64,000 nt of DNA from Patescibacteria group bacterium (GCA_041666185.1 JBAYHL010000004.1:105-64104); one strand, 5' to 3'; positions 9,101-22,200 are shown, counted from the first letter of the stretch. Numbers and translations are program-made. Notes: generated by a model from the sequence alone, not told the origin.

Positions 9101-11529
9101 GTGGTTGGAGCAACAGTCAGGTTGTTGTAAGCATAAGTAATAATGTTTGTACTAGAACCAGTTCCCGTATAAGTGAAAGTTGAGTTAGTGCCTTTATTGA
9201 AAATAGCCACTGATATAGGACTTCCAGTTCCAGTTAAATTTAAATTATAACCACCACTTCCCATGTTAAAACTATAAACCATAACTCGGGTTGCTGTAAT
9301 ACTTGAGCCCAAAGTAATTGTAGCTAATCCAGAATCTAATGTTCCCAAATCATCAGCATTTGAAGAAGAATCTGTCAGAGTCGTTGTGCCATCAAAGTAA
9401 AATAAGCCAGAACCCCTTATAAATATAGCAGTACCGGTATTATTCCAGTGTCCGGCAAAATTCATGTTCAAATTATTGGAATCGAAAGTGCCAGCCGAGT
9501 TGGTAAAAATGCCATTAACATCAAGATTATTGGTTATAAGCTGAAGCGTTCCAGTTCCAGAATGAGTAAGATTATTAAAAAATTTTCCAGCATCTACACC
9601 ACCAGAGCTTAAGGTTTGAGTGCTAGAAGCTTTATTGAAAATAACTGTTGAAGTGTTAGCGGTGAAAGTACCTGAATTAGCCCAGTTTCCAGTACAGGTA
9701 ATAGTTGAAGCATTTGCTGTCAAAGTTCCAGCAATAGTAACGTTGCCAGTAACCGTAATATTTCTATTAGTCGTTCCATCATTAGTTGTTAGGGTGCCAG
9801 CGGTCACATCTAAATCACCATTAACCGTGGTTGTAGCAGTGGCTGGTAATCTGAATGTGCCACCCGTACCATTAATTTTTAAATTATAATATGTCCAATT
9901 TCTAATGTTTCTTGTACCAGAAGTGGCAGAATACTCAACCGTGCCGTGAGCTGTGTCATTTGTTAAGCTGACAGTTGTTTCGTCACCAGTTTGTTTTAAT
10001 GTGCCATTATTAGTAAAAACACCCGTAACAGTAAGATTGTGACCATTAATGTCTAATGTTTTACTTGCTCCTATAGTTAAAGTACCAGAAGCAGTAATAT
10101 CTGCTCCGGCAGTTAAACTTGTGCCATTCAAATTCATGACAGTGGATGTTGTTATTGTATTAGCACCTTGAGTAATGGCACCTATGTAAGCAGCTTGAAA
10201 ATCAAGCGTTGCAACATCAATAGCAGTATCAATTGTTAACGCGCCATTGTGAGCGCTGCCGGCATTGTCAAAAATGGCTGTATCTCCGGCTACTGGCACT
10301 GTTGCGCCACCCGTACCGCCAGATGTATCTGACCAGTTAGCAGTATCATTCCAATTGCCGCTTGTGTTATTAATCCAGTAGCGAGTAGCTGGGCCAGAAG
10401 AAGTTGCTATGCTATTGTCGAAATAAACATTGTAAGGACTAGCAGCACCGTTAGTCCAAGAAAGAAAAGCTTTGCTACCAGTCGTTTGATAACTTGCAGA
10501 AGGGCTAACATTGGTTCCTGTTCCATAAAGAGATGTGGCGGCGGCATCCCAATTGGCTAAAGCATAAGGAGAAACACCTTTTTTGTAATATATTGTATTC
10601 GTGTTTGCATAAAAAGCGTAAAGATCGCCAGACGCTGTATCTATAGTAATTGAAGGATGGGTAGCACTACCAGATTGAATTGTTACAGCACTCGACCATG
10701 TCCCGGAATATTTTGTGTAATAGATTGAACCGGAAGAAAGATATTCTAAATGAATATTGCCCGATGCATCTGATACTAAAGAATAGTCTGTGGTCGCGGT
10801 GCTGACCACAGTAGTTGCAGAAGCATCCCAACTAGAGCTAGCATTAGTATATTTTTTCCCAGCTAAAGTAGTTCCGCTAACCCAGGCTGCATATATATCT
10901 CCTCCTGTAAGAGGAACAATATTAACGCTAGTAAGGTCTGTGCTAAGAGTGTTAATAGCATCCCAAGCAGTTATGTCATTAACATTCGTTGATCTTCTGG
11001 CAAAAATTCCACTTGCTCCATAACCACCATCATCATAAGGCCAAGCCACCCATATTTTGTTGTTTGTATCCTGAGTAATAACGGGAGCACCAGTAATCGA
11101 ATATGCACCACTTGCTGTCACGGGAGAACCCCATGTAATAGAGGTAGCAGCGGCAGTGCCTTGTCTGACATTAAGAACGATCCCATTTGATGTTGCAAGA
11201 TATACAGTTGTGCCGTTGGCCCAAATTGAAAAATCAGAAGTATTTTCAGCAATTGTGCCTGTTCCATTCCATGTCACTCCATCAGTTGAGTATTTGTAAG
11301 CAATAGCCGAGCCATTATAATAAAACGACCAATAGGTAGAATTCGTGCTGTCATAAAAGCTCTTTCTATATTCGGCTCCAGTGGTGGCACTAGCGCTAGT
11401 TGATGTTCCAATCGTTACTGGCGCTGCGTAAGCAGTTTCATAAGGAGGACCAAAAATACCATAAACTATGGTAAATAATAAAAAAATTAGTAGAAAAAAT
11501 TTATAAATATTGCGTACCGGAATTATCAC
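6124..11529 (-). CDS. Giant secreted surface protein with Thr/Gly/Asn-rich beta-helical repeats, FN3-like domains and two C-terminal peptidoglycan-binding domains
   Basis: Signal peptide, AAGGAGG SD before GTG; repeated GNW.NSGTF and TQTL.SGG units; YAYRVKARN; LQ..L...G...TG.(Y/F)G.IT..AV..YQ twice. Confidence 0.8.
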   Translation of the reverse strand: MIIPVRNIYKFFLLIFLLFTIVYGIFGPPYETAYAAPVTIGTSTSASATTGAEYRKSFYDSTNSTYWSFYYNGSAIAYKYSTDGVTWNGTGTIAENTSDFSIWANGTTVYLATSNGIVLNVRQGTAAATSITWGSPVTASGAYSITGAPVITQDTNNKIWVAWPYDDGGYGASGIFARRSTNVNDITAWDAINTLSTDLTSVNIVPLTGGDIYAAWVSGTTLAGKKYTNASSSWDASATTVVSTATTDYSLVSDASGNIHLEYLSSGSIYYTKYSGTWSSAVTIQSGSATHPSITIDTASGDLYAFYANTNTIYYKKGVSPYALANWDAAATSLYGTGTNVSPSASYQTTGSKAFLSWTNGAASPYNVYFDNSIATSSGPATRYWINNTSGNWNDTANWSDTSGGTGGATVPVAGDTAIFDNAGSAHNGALTIDTAIDVATLDFQAAYIGAITQGANTITTSTVMNLNGTSLTAGADITASGTLTIGASKTLDINGHNLTVTGVFTNNGTLKQTGDETTVSLTNDTAHGTVEYSATSGTRNIRNWTYYNLKINGTGGTFRLPATATTTVNGDLDVTAGTLTTNDGTTNRNITVTGNVTIAGTLTANASTITCTGNWANSGTFTANTSTVIFNKASSTQTLSSGGVDAGKFFNNLTHSGTGTLQLITNNLDVNGIFTNSAGTFDSNNLNMNFAGHWNNTGTAIFIRGSGLFYFDGTTTLTDSSSNADDLGTLDSGLATITLGSSITATRVMVYSFNMGSGGYNLNLTGTGSPISVAIFNKGTNSTFTYTGTGSSTNIITYAYNNLTVAPTTPTTYSLTGNLTGTKAMSGNLTVNANATLDLRPSTIDYNLTAVNVTINGTLDASDSLSTIAVGGNWSNAAGGVFVSGSSTVNFTKSSGTQTLDSGGTGVGKIFNNITHSGAGILQLLTNNINIDGDFTNSAGTFDVNSRDMTVAGSWSNTATFDKETRTVTLDGGATGKTINGGASGFYTLTVNGAGGGWTLNTSNLTTIRNLNVTAGTLNTGTVSLGSASILSSATTITINGGVLIGGSGSIVGKIFNVTNGTFTAGSGQVNVGSFSVFGSYTHNGGTVDWTTNNATFAYYAYGSNILPNDIYHNINLYNSAALAEEQSVTYSLSGTTVAEGNLSLYVLSIGPNTLDISSNILTVNGDITINLNTILFATSGTINVGGNWINSGTFTPGSGIVDFTKSSGTQTLDSGGTGIGKLFNNLTHSGAGTLQLSTNALNIDGNFTNSDGVFNADGLNINMAKNWNISGGSFTAGTTPGTQTITFDSTNAAAISGSTTFNNLIMDTSVDGAKTITFAAGATQTINDTWTLDGSVGNVLALRSSVPDTAWYFVISGDMISGDYIDVSDSQNINNAFRITPGDNVTDSGNNNPGWNFFPPDAPTIGTPEAISVAAIRWKFTDVNPNEVGFKVYDATDTLKATCVGVDLTSCDEVGLSVNTEYSGRYVVSYNDSGQSPHSGTAASTYTLANVPLASTVNRSSSTSLKVIINVNGNSAATQFAISNEALGKYVQADGSNGDTAVWQDYATWGEATGITNTGLVHSTTYAYRVKARNGNNIETAVSPSSSETTLSQGHGSKSSKPTPTPIPSTSPSSQESGQQSSFRFNNDQAPYFSGDNQANVRILQNVLRYLGYFPFWVDSTGFYGSITKQAVFLYQKSKAIVASWWDWGAGFFGPRTRAALNEDIENGIIPNCAIEGTCDDSNKVYFPYDLDIESSGYYVTKLQERLVSEGFLDSRYVTGYFGFITQKAVIEYQNYHNIDTSQGGAGRVGPKTREILNN

Positions 11530-11622
11530 AACCTCCTTTTTTCGTCTCTTACATTATACAAAAAATTTACAGATATTACTAACCTAGGAAATATAAGTAC
11601 TAAAAAATCCCTCGTAAGCTAA

Positions 11623-11742
11623 GTGCTGGCGTCGATCTACTTTCCCGGGACCTTGCGGTCCGAGTATCATCGACGCTATGGTGCTTAACTTCTCTGTTCG
11701 GAATGGAAAGAGGTGTACCCACCACGCTAAAACACCAGCACT
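11623..11742 (-). rRNA. rrf: 5S rRNA
   Basis: Reverse complement contains TTCCATTCCGAACAGAGAAGTTAAG and GATGATACT; terminal stem GTGCTGG/CCAGCAC. Confidence 0.93.
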
Positions 11743-11862
11743 TAAATTGCGAAGGATTATATTAACTTACAACTTACAATCACCAACTACAACAAGTTGT
11801 AGATTGTTTGTTGTGAATTATTAGTTATTTTTCATCAGTACCTTAGTAGTTGTTTCGTCAAA

Positions 11863-14769
<2,907 letters not shown>

Positions 14770-14805
14770 AATTGATAAAACAACTACCAAGGCACTGATG
14801 ATTCT

Positions 14806-14816
14806 GTTGTTAAAGT
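14806..14816 (-). promoter_or_regulatory. boxA-like antitermination element (23S leader)
   Basis: ACTTTAACAAC, identical to 26755-26765 in the 16S leader; resembles boxA CTTTAACA. Confidence 0.7.
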
Positions 14817-14894
14817 AGCCAGATTACTGGATAATCGGATGAATAGAGCAATCTCTAATCCTCTGATTATCTAACAACCTTTATTTATGATGTT

Positions 14895-14916
14895 AAAAAA
14901 ACCGCCTTGACGGCGG
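14895..14916 (-). terminator. Intrinsic terminator-like hairpin inside the 23S leader
   Basis: CCGCC-GTCAA-GGCGG followed by T7 in the direction of rRNA transcription. Confidence 0.65.
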
Positions 14917-14952
14917 ACAAAACACAAAGTTAGCTTAAAAAAGCTTACGTTG

Positions 14953-14994
14953 TTAGCCGCGCGCCCCCTCTCCTAGATTGTCTTTTCCATACAT
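14953..14994 (-). CDS. Putative 13-aa leader peptide MYGKDNLGEGARG in the 23S leader
   Basis: AAGGAG-9 nt-ATG directly downstream of the promoter; TAA at 14953. Confidence 0.4.
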   Translation of the reverse strand: MYGKDNLGEGARG

Positions 14995-15013
14995 CAGTTT
15001 TAACTCCTTTTTG

Positions 15014-15042
15014 ATTTTAACAAGACCTTTGATTATTGTCAA
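15014..15042 (-). promoter_or_regulatory. Sigma70 promoter for 23S-5S
   Basis: TTGACA-17 nt-TAAAAT. Confidence 0.8.
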
Positions 15043-15052
15043 TAGTTTTCTA

Positions 15053-16213
15053 TTAAAAAGAACCTGGATTTGGACTTGCGTCATCGACAAAGCCACTGGT
15101 TGCACTAGTTCTAGCCAATGAATGGCCTTCAGCAACATCGGCTAAATGAGGAAGGGGTGTTGCAGTTGTTCCCCAGCTTAATTGATCAACTACCTGATCA
15201 TATGGATTCTTCAATTCAAGAGAGTCGCCATTGTTGTTTAAAAAAAAAGCGCTTGCTACGAAAATTTTTGCGTCAGGATATCCTGGCCATTTAGCAATAA
15301 ACCCCACTCCTGTAGTAGGTATTATCATAGCGAACTCATGAGACCCAATAGTAGTTGTGCGACCAGCAGCTTTTTCGAGTCCGGCTATATTGCCTACAGA
15401 TCCATAGAGGGAAGAAATTTTCCATCCATCCATATCAACAGATCCAGACGTTGGGTTGTAAAGTTCAATCCATTCAAAACTTTGTTCCATACCATCATTC
15501 CCCCCTGGTCCATAACTTCCTGACGGACCTTTGTCTGGGGCAACATCGTAATAAACCTCAGAAATTATCACATTCCCACCATTACTAATTGCTGGGGGAG
15601 GAGGATCTGACGGCTTCCATGTAGAGGCATCTAAACTATAAACTTCATACATTTTTGACGAAACACCAGTAGACGGCATTACTCCGCCATCATTAATCAT
15701 TAGTTCGTTTCCTTCTTCCAACCGTGCCATCAATTTGTAACCTGAACCATTAGAACCGTAATAATAGGCATAGGTTTCTGTTGTGCCCGCTTCATCACTA
15801 TAAGCTTTACCTTGAAGAGGATCTTGTGGTAAAGGTGATAAATAAACTTTTAAAATATTATGAAGCGAATTAGCGTTGTCAGTAAACCAAGAACGCACAG
15901 TCGCTGACGAATCACAACTTGCCTCGCATGTATTACTACTTAAAACCCAACTTGAACCAGTGCTTGGATAAGTACCTTTTTCATTTTTATATGTCTCTAG
16001 CGCTCCACGAATTGCATCCAAATTAGTAACTCTTTTACTGTCACGACTTTTTCTTCTGGCAGGAGCAAGACTAGTAATTACAAGACCAGCAACAACCACA
16101 ACAATCATTACCACTACTAAGAGTTCTATTAAGGTAAACCCCGACACCAATCGATGATTGGTTGTGGGGGTAAAACTACGTTTTTTTTGCTTAAGATATT
16201 TTTCTTGTCGCAT
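15053..16213 (-). CDS. Type IV pilin/GspG-like protein fused to a C-terminal lamin-tail-like domain
   Basis: G|FTLIELLVV prepilin site, RDSKR..L..Y...G.YP, LPQDP; C-terminal IISEVYYD...EWIELYNP...LNNNGD...PNPG. Confidence 0.85.
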   Translation of the reverse strand: MRQEKYLKQKKRSFTPTTNHRLVSGFTLIELLVVVMIVVVVAGLVITSLAPARRKSRDSKRVTNLDAIRGALETYKNEKGTYPSTGSSWVLSSNTCEASCDSSATVRSWFTDNANSLHNILKVYLSPLPQDPLQGKAYSDEAGTTETYAYYYGSNGSGYKLMARLEEGNELMINDGGVMPSTGVSSKMYEVYSLDASTWKPSDPPPPAISNGGNVIISEVYYDVAPDKGPSGSYGPGGNDGMEQSFEWIELYNPTSGSVDMDGWKISSLYGSVGNIAGLEKAAGRTTTIGSHEFAMIIPTTGVGFIAKWPGYPDAKIFVASAFFLNNNGDSLELKNPYDQVVDQLSWGTTATPLPHLADVAEGHSLARTSATSGFVDDASPNPGSF

Positions 16214-16327
16214 TTTTCCCCATTTATATTTATATCTTAAACTTTTTATTTTTTTTAATCAATAAAAAAATGGAGAAAAATTACTTTTAGCAAAAATTTC
16301 TCCATTTTTTCTCTGTTACTTAACAGA

Positions 16328-17005
16328 CTATTTTAATTCTTTACGAATTTTTTCCAAAATGTCTTGGGCCACGTCTTTACCGCCCAAACCAAAAGCAAGT
16401 CCACCAGCAATTGCCAAGAAAGCTACCAAACCAATAAACATGGTTCTAATAAGCGCTTCGGCAATACCTAGTTGGACCAAAACAGCCAAGAATGTGAAAA
16501 CAATAATTGCATAACGGACAATTGCTGCAATTGCGTCTGACATGGCAAAATCAGCTGCCGCCATGGCACCTTTAATCACATTTGACAAGAAATGAGCTAA
16601 AACTAACCCAATAAGCAAAATGGCACCAGCAGCAACAGCTGTTGGGACATAAGCAAGAATCTTGTCTAAGAATAATGCGACATCAGGCAATTTTAAGGTA
16701 TTAGCAGCCGCAATAAAGACAACTAGATAAATTATCCATTTAGCTACTGACGACAATAAAGCTGTTGTGTCTTTATCAATATTGCCTTTTTTCAAAACAT
16801 CTTCGACTTTAGCTTTTTCAAACAAGGTTTGTAAACCAATAATTCGAAAAAGTCGGTCGATAACAATCGCAACAATTATACCAATAAGCCAACCAATAAC
16901 TAAAATGATAATTGCGCCAATAAGATTAGGCAAGAAATTTACAAAACGATCCCAAATTGCTGTCCAACTGTCGGTTACCGCAGTTGTCCAATCTTGTAAA
17001 ACCAT
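16328..17005 (-). CDS. MscS-type TM_helix repeat membrane protein (CmpX-like)
   Basis: FLPNLIGAIIILVIG repeats and AFGLGGKD; probable start MVLQDW after GAGG. Confidence 0.8.
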   Translation of the reverse strand: MVLQDWTTAVTDSWTAIWDRFVNFLPNLIGAIIILVIGWLIGIIVAIVIDRLFRIIGLQTLFEKAKVEDVLKKGNIDKDTTALLSSVAKWIIYLVVFIAAANTLKLPDVALFLDKILAYVPTAVAAGAILLIGLVLAHFLSNVIKGAMAAADFAMSDAIAAIVRYAIIVFTFLAVLVQLGIAEALIRTMFIGLVAFLAIAGGLAFGLGGKDVAQDILEKIRKELK

Positions 17006-17160
17006 TTTTTCCTCTTTCAAAAATTAGAACTAAACTCTCGGATAGCTCGACCTCACTTTCTACCTTAATTAGATATTAAATTAAGGTAGCTCTATCCACA
17101 CTCAAGATATTTCAGATTTGAATATAATTCAAGAAGTTTGTCAAGAGCAAGGAGTATTTT

Positions 17161-17186
17161 AAAAGGGATGTATTAATACATCCCTT
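17161..17186 (-). terminator. Intrinsic terminator after the Nudix-like gene
   Basis: AAGGGATGTA-TTAA-TACATCCCTT perfect hairpin plus T tail. Confidence 0.75.
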
Positions 17187-17216
17187 GTTTGTTTGTATAC
17201 CTTATGTTGTAGCAAT

Positions 17217-17795
17217 TTACTTGACAAAAACCCTATTCACCGCATCCCATATTCGGACAATACCAGGATGAGCCTGGACACCTAGTAACTTTTGTCTGTT
17301 AAACAATACTATTCCTTTTTCCGGATAATATTCGCTCGCTCGCAAATGATTTTGAGCGAAAGCCAATTCTTGCGGCGTCATTTCGAAAGCAAAAGTGTCT
17401 GCGAAAACATGCATTGAATATCCACCGACACCATCGGACCAAAGATATTGCTGAATATCACTAGAAGCGAAAAGTCTTCTTAGCCTTTCGACACCAATCA
17501 AAAGGCCCGTGTCATCTTCAAAGTGACGACGAGCGGTTTCCAGCAAAGACTCTCCAGGATTCATACTGCCACCATAAACCCACCATTCATTTTTAGCGGG
17601 CTTTATGCATCTTTTGGCTAAGCAGAGATTGATCTGACGCGTTGGCCGATCATACATCCAAGGCACAACATCACAGCAATGGTAAACAAGTCTCGATACT
17701 GCTCGAGGATATTCTTCGTCAGTTAGTCTAACTTTTGACGGTTGATAACCGTTTTCTACAAAAACACTGCCACCAATAGCTCTGTATTTTTCCAC
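17217..17795 (-). CDS. Nudix-fold protein with degenerate Nudix box
   Basis: WWVYGGSMNPGESLLETARRHFEDDTGL; own promoter TTGACG-17-TATAGT and AGGAGG SD. Confidence 0.7.
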   Translation of the reverse strand: MEKYRAIGGSVFVENGYQPSKVRLTDEEYPRAVSRLVYHCCDVVPWMYDRPTRQINLCLAKRCIKPAKNEWWVYGGSMNPGESLLETARRHFEDDTGLLIGVERLRRLFASSDIQQYLWSDGVGGYSMHVFADTFAFEMTPQELAFAQNHLRASEYYPEKGIVLFNRQKLLGVQAHPGIVRIWDAVNRVFVK

Positions 17796-17944
17796 AACAA
17801 GGTAACCTCCTCTTTTAACTATTAGAACATGTTACTATACCATAAAAACCCCTTTTCGTCAAGGATTTTAGAGAAGTTGCAACCTTGACATTTTGGCAAT
17901 AACAAGTATATTAGAATAAGTTCTTTAACAGATAGGAGACGAAC

Positions 17945-18694
17945 ATGAAAAAAGTTTTGTTTACCGCTCTTGCTTGCACAGTGTTTTCTCTGCCAAGCAA
18001 TATTTATGCTAGTAGTCATTCTTGGGTATTGTGCCCTCTTAATGGTCACTACTATTCCAAAACAGTTTCACCAGTAATGACATGGAATGAAGCAGAAACT
18101 GAAGCAATAAGTGTTGGTGGTCATTTAGCTACTATTCGCAATACAGCAGAAGAAGAATGGATACTCAAAACTTTTCCGCCAGAAAGACTCTGGATAGGGT
18201 TGACAGATTCAGTCTCGGAAGGTAATTGGTTATGGACTAGTGGTGAACCGGTTACTTACACCAATTGGTCAGCTGGCCATCCTAATAATTCTTCCGAAAA
18301 CCAAGATTTTGCTACAATTTGGGGATCACCACCAACATATCCCGCATACTGGGAATCGCGTTCTGGATACGAAAGAACATCTGGAATAATAGAGATAACA
18401 TCTCTACCGCTGCAAATTGTAAATCTTTTTGGTACAATTTATCAAAAAGATTTACAAGAGCAAGTCATTACAGCACCAGATGTCTTTATAGACATCCTGG
18501 ATGTGAATAGAGAACATTTTGTAGTGTCTGGCAAAACTGATGGTAACGGCAAATTCACTATTCTTGCTGATAACTGGCAAGATAGTACATATATCATTCG
18601 GATAAGAAAAACTGGTTACAAAACAAAAGAAGTAGGGGCTACTCTAAAGAATAGTTCCTCAACACCCTTTTCGACAACATTGGAAACAGAATAA
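17945..18694 (+). CDS. Secreted C-type lectin domain protein with C-terminal carboxypeptidase-regulatory-like domain
   Basis: NGHYY...TWNEAE...GGHLATI...WIGLTD...EGNWLW.SGEPV.YTNW..G.PNN; signal peptide; AGGAG SD. Confidence 0.88.
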   Translation: MKKVLFTALACTVFSLPSNIYASSHSWVLCPLNGHYYSKTVSPVMTWNEAETEAISVGGHLATIRNTAEEEWILKTFPPERLWIGLTDSVSEGNWLWTSGEPVTYTNWSAGHPNNSSENQDFATIWGSPPTYPAYWESRSGYERTSGIIEITSLPLQIVNLFGTIYQKDLQEQVITAPDVFIDILDVNREHFVVSGKTDGNGKFTILADNWQDSTYIIRIRKTGYKTKEVGATLKNSSSTPFSTTLETE

Positions 18695-18713
18695 ATAGAC
18701 AGATCCTTACTTT

Positions 18714-18749
18714 GGTCAATCAGAGATAACTTCAAGATTGACCTTTTTT
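18714..18749 (+). terminator. Intrinsic terminator
   Basis: GGTCAATC...GATTGACC plus T6. Confidence 0.65.
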
Positions 18750-18766
18750 ATTCTTAAAATATTTTT

Positions 18767-19186
18767 TTACTCTAAATACTGTCTAATTTTGTCTACCACT
18801 TGATTTGGCGTAAGATTTGCTTTCACTAAATAGTCGTCGGCACCAAGTTTTCTTGCCATATTAATATCTGTAGCATCACCAAGATTAGAAAAAACGATAA
18901 CTGGTTTTTTGGAAGCTGGCCATCCAGAAGAACGAAGCTGTTTTAAAACATCAAGGCCATTAATTTTCGGAAGTATCAGATCAAGTAAAATCAGATCGTA
19001 ATCAATGGATCCTAATTTTTGAATTGCCTCCAAACCATCGAAAGCACTATCCATTTCAAAACCTTCCATAGCTAGCTTGTCCTGATAGGCTCTGACTAAC
19101 ATTCTATCATCTTCGATGAAAATAATTTTTTTTCTTGTTTGCTGAAATTGACCAGACTGATCTCCATTGTTTTGATTGTTTGTCAT
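18767..19186 (-). CDS. Single-domain response regulator receiver
   Basis: IEDD, DLILLDLILP, SN, GADDYLVK. Confidence 0.93.
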   Translation of the reverse strand: MTNNQNNGDQSGQFQQTRKKIIFIEDDRMLVRAYQDKLAMEGFEMDSAFDGLEAIQKLGSIDYDLILLDLILPKINGLDVLKQLRSSGWPASKKPVIVFSNLGDATDINMARKLGADDYLVKANLTPNQVVDKIRQYLE

Positions 19187-19206
19187 ATTCCCTCCATTTT
19201 TATTTT

Positions 19207-22200
19207 TTACATATCTTTTTCTTTATTAATTTTTAAAATTGGCAATGAAAAGTAAAATGTACTACCTTTACCAAGCTCTGCCTCGACCCAAATTTTACCT
19301 CCACAACCTTCTATAATTTTTCGAGCAATATATAAACCCAAACCAAGTCCCGTTCCTTTACCAAGAGGTATTTTCTTACCATCACTAACCTGGGCATATT
19401 TTTGGAATAGTTCTTTTTGTCGATCTTTAGCTATTCCTATACCCGTGTCCTTTATTGCCACAATAACTGAGTTCTCTTTAGCTAAAACTTCTAAGCTAAT
19501 TGAACCTTTGTCAGTATATTTAATAGCATTATCAAGTAAATTAACAATGGCCTCAGGAATTTTTTCACAATCTGCCATAACTTTAGGTATTTTTGTTGGT
19601 ATTTTATAATTAAATTTTAAACCTTTTTTTTCTATCAATGGTTTTGTTTGCTTAACTATATAACCTAAGATTGGCACTAAATCAATCAATTTAGGAACAA
19701 TAGTAATTTTCCCTTTTTCTATTCGAGACATAGTTAGAAAATCATTAATTATGTTTATTAAATTCGTATTGGCCCTACTAACATCTTCTAAAGGCACTTT
19801 TAACTTAGGAGGAATTTCACCATAGTCACCATCTAGTATCATTTCTGTATTGGCTCTTATAACAGACACGGGAGTTCGTAAATCGTGGGTTGCCATATTT
19901 AAAAAGTCATCTTTAGCCTGTTCCATTCTATTTCGCTCAGTAACGTCACGAAAGCTACCCAGAAGATACATTTTTCTATTAACAATCAACCGCGATATAT
20001 TTATATCAGCATAAAAAATACTACCGTCTTTTCTTAACACCGGAAGGTTTGAAACAAGTTTAAGTTTTCCTTTTACCTGTTCTCTAAATATTTTTTTAAC
20101 AAATGGTGCATCTTTTTTAGGATGAATATCGTCAACCCCTAAATCCAACAATTCTTTTTTTGTATATCTTAGCATATTACATATTGCTGTATTACACGTA
20201 CTAAATTTACTAGTTTCCGGATCAGCAACTAGTAAACCATCTTTAGAATCTTCAAATATAGTTTCGAATTTTATTTCTGATTCTTTTAATTTTTGTTCAA
20301 TTTTTCCATGTTCAACACGAACACGTTGTGAGGTAACACCAAAAGCAAGATCGTCCACTAATTCCTTCAATAGCTTAATTTCATCCAGAGCAAATGTATT
20401 TGATTTAATCGAATAAATACCAATTACACCAAATACTTTATCATCGCCAACAAGTGGTAAAGCAATAATTGACTTATAACCTCGTTTTAAAGCATCTTCC
20501 TTCCATGGGGACATAGTTGGATCTGTAGCAATATCGTGTACAATACTAGGATTGCCTGTACGAATAGCTATCCCTCCTGGCCCGCGACCACGCTCAGTAT
20601 CTGCCCATGTTAACTTGGCTTTTTTAATGTAGCCTGATTCGAGTCCAGCATGAGCTATAGGAAGTATGGTTTTTGCTTCATCATGTTTGACATAACCAAC
20701 CCACGCTAAGCGGTAACCACCAGTTTCAACAATAATACGACACGCCTCACTCAATAAGTCTATTTCGTCTGTAACATGAATTAGCATCTGATTAATTTCA
20801 CCCACCATCCGTAACGCACGGTTTAGTTTTATAAGGTTTACTTCCGCAAGTTTGGCCTCAGTAATATCCCAAGTAAGATCAGCGAAAAAGGAGACTAATT
20901 TAACATCCTGCTCGTCATAATTGCTCGATTTATTTCCAACACCTAGCACAGCCATAATTTTATCACCACGGATCACTGGTACTACTAATTCGCGAACTAC
21001 TTTTGCATGACCTTTTGGCATACCTTTTTTATTCAAAAGAGACTCATAATCATTGTGAATAACCGGCTTGCGCTGATAAACACAATCTACCCAAACACCA
21101 GCTTTTTCTATTGCATAATGTGATCCTTTGCCTTCAGCTTTGCAAAATTCTTTTTTTGTTCTAGTTGACCAATTTTGCAATGTTAGCGTTTTTTGATCGG
21201 AATTTACAAAATGGAAAAAACCAATAAGACTACCTGTGAGTTTTTCTATTTCGTTTAGTGCCTCTTCCAACAGCTCATCCATAGAGTGACTATTGGCAAA
21301 CACTAAAAGACGGGCACGAGCTTTAAGAATATTTTCTGTCTGTTTGCGCTCGGTAATATCTCTAATAATCGCCATGATCGCCGGTTTATCTTTATAAATA
21401 ATCCTGGAAGAATTCACTTCAACCGGTAGCTTATTTCCAGTTTTTGATAAAATTTCTATTTCATATCTATTTGGCGCGTCTTGACCCTTTAATCTTTTTT
21501 CGTACCTTTCCGCGACAATTTTTTTATACTCGGGAGACAAAAAATCTAGAAATGATTTTCCAATACTTTCCTCTTTTGTAAAACCTGTCATTTGGCAAAT
21601 TACTGAGTTTACGTACTCAAGCACACCTGCACCCTGTATAACTAAAATGCCATCGTTTCCTTTTTCTACCAAAGTTGAGTATTTTAGTTCGGAAGCTTTT
21701 AACTCCTCTTCTGTCTGTTTGCGCTTGGTAATATCACGAATATTGCATTGAATTATTAATTCCCCATCTGTCCTATAAGCATTGGCAATAAATTCAACTT
21801 CAATTTTTTTTCCATTTTTAGTTTCTAATAGTAAATTATTGAAATGAACATGTTTTTTGGCTTGCAAGGCAAGAAAATGCTTTTTCGACATAATAATGTC
21901 TTTAAAAACACCAATTTCCCAAAGATGTTTTTTTTGAAAATCAGCTTTAGAGTAGTTAAGTAAATTAATTAAAAACGGATTAACGTCTTTAATTATTCCT
22001 GTCTTAAAATCGACCAAAAGTATACCGTCTTGAGCCGTTTCAAATAACCGACGATAACGCAACTCTGATGTTTCTAGCTTGTCTTGTTCCTTTTTTTTGC
22101 GGTAAGTAATATCTTCAATAGCTAAAAGTATTATTTTCGGCTTTTTTGGCGGTCGAGGTATGCGTCGAGCATTCAATAACATCGCTTTTGGCCCAATGGT

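Noticed and set aside
14995-15138. Full 61-aa ORF 14953-15138
   Set aside because: Its 5-prime part overlaps the pilin gene and the promoter; only the SD-led last 13 codons are retained as a candidate
17945-18694. DGR target (C-type lectin fold)
   Set aside because: No reverse transcriptase or adenine-variant template repeat seen in the window
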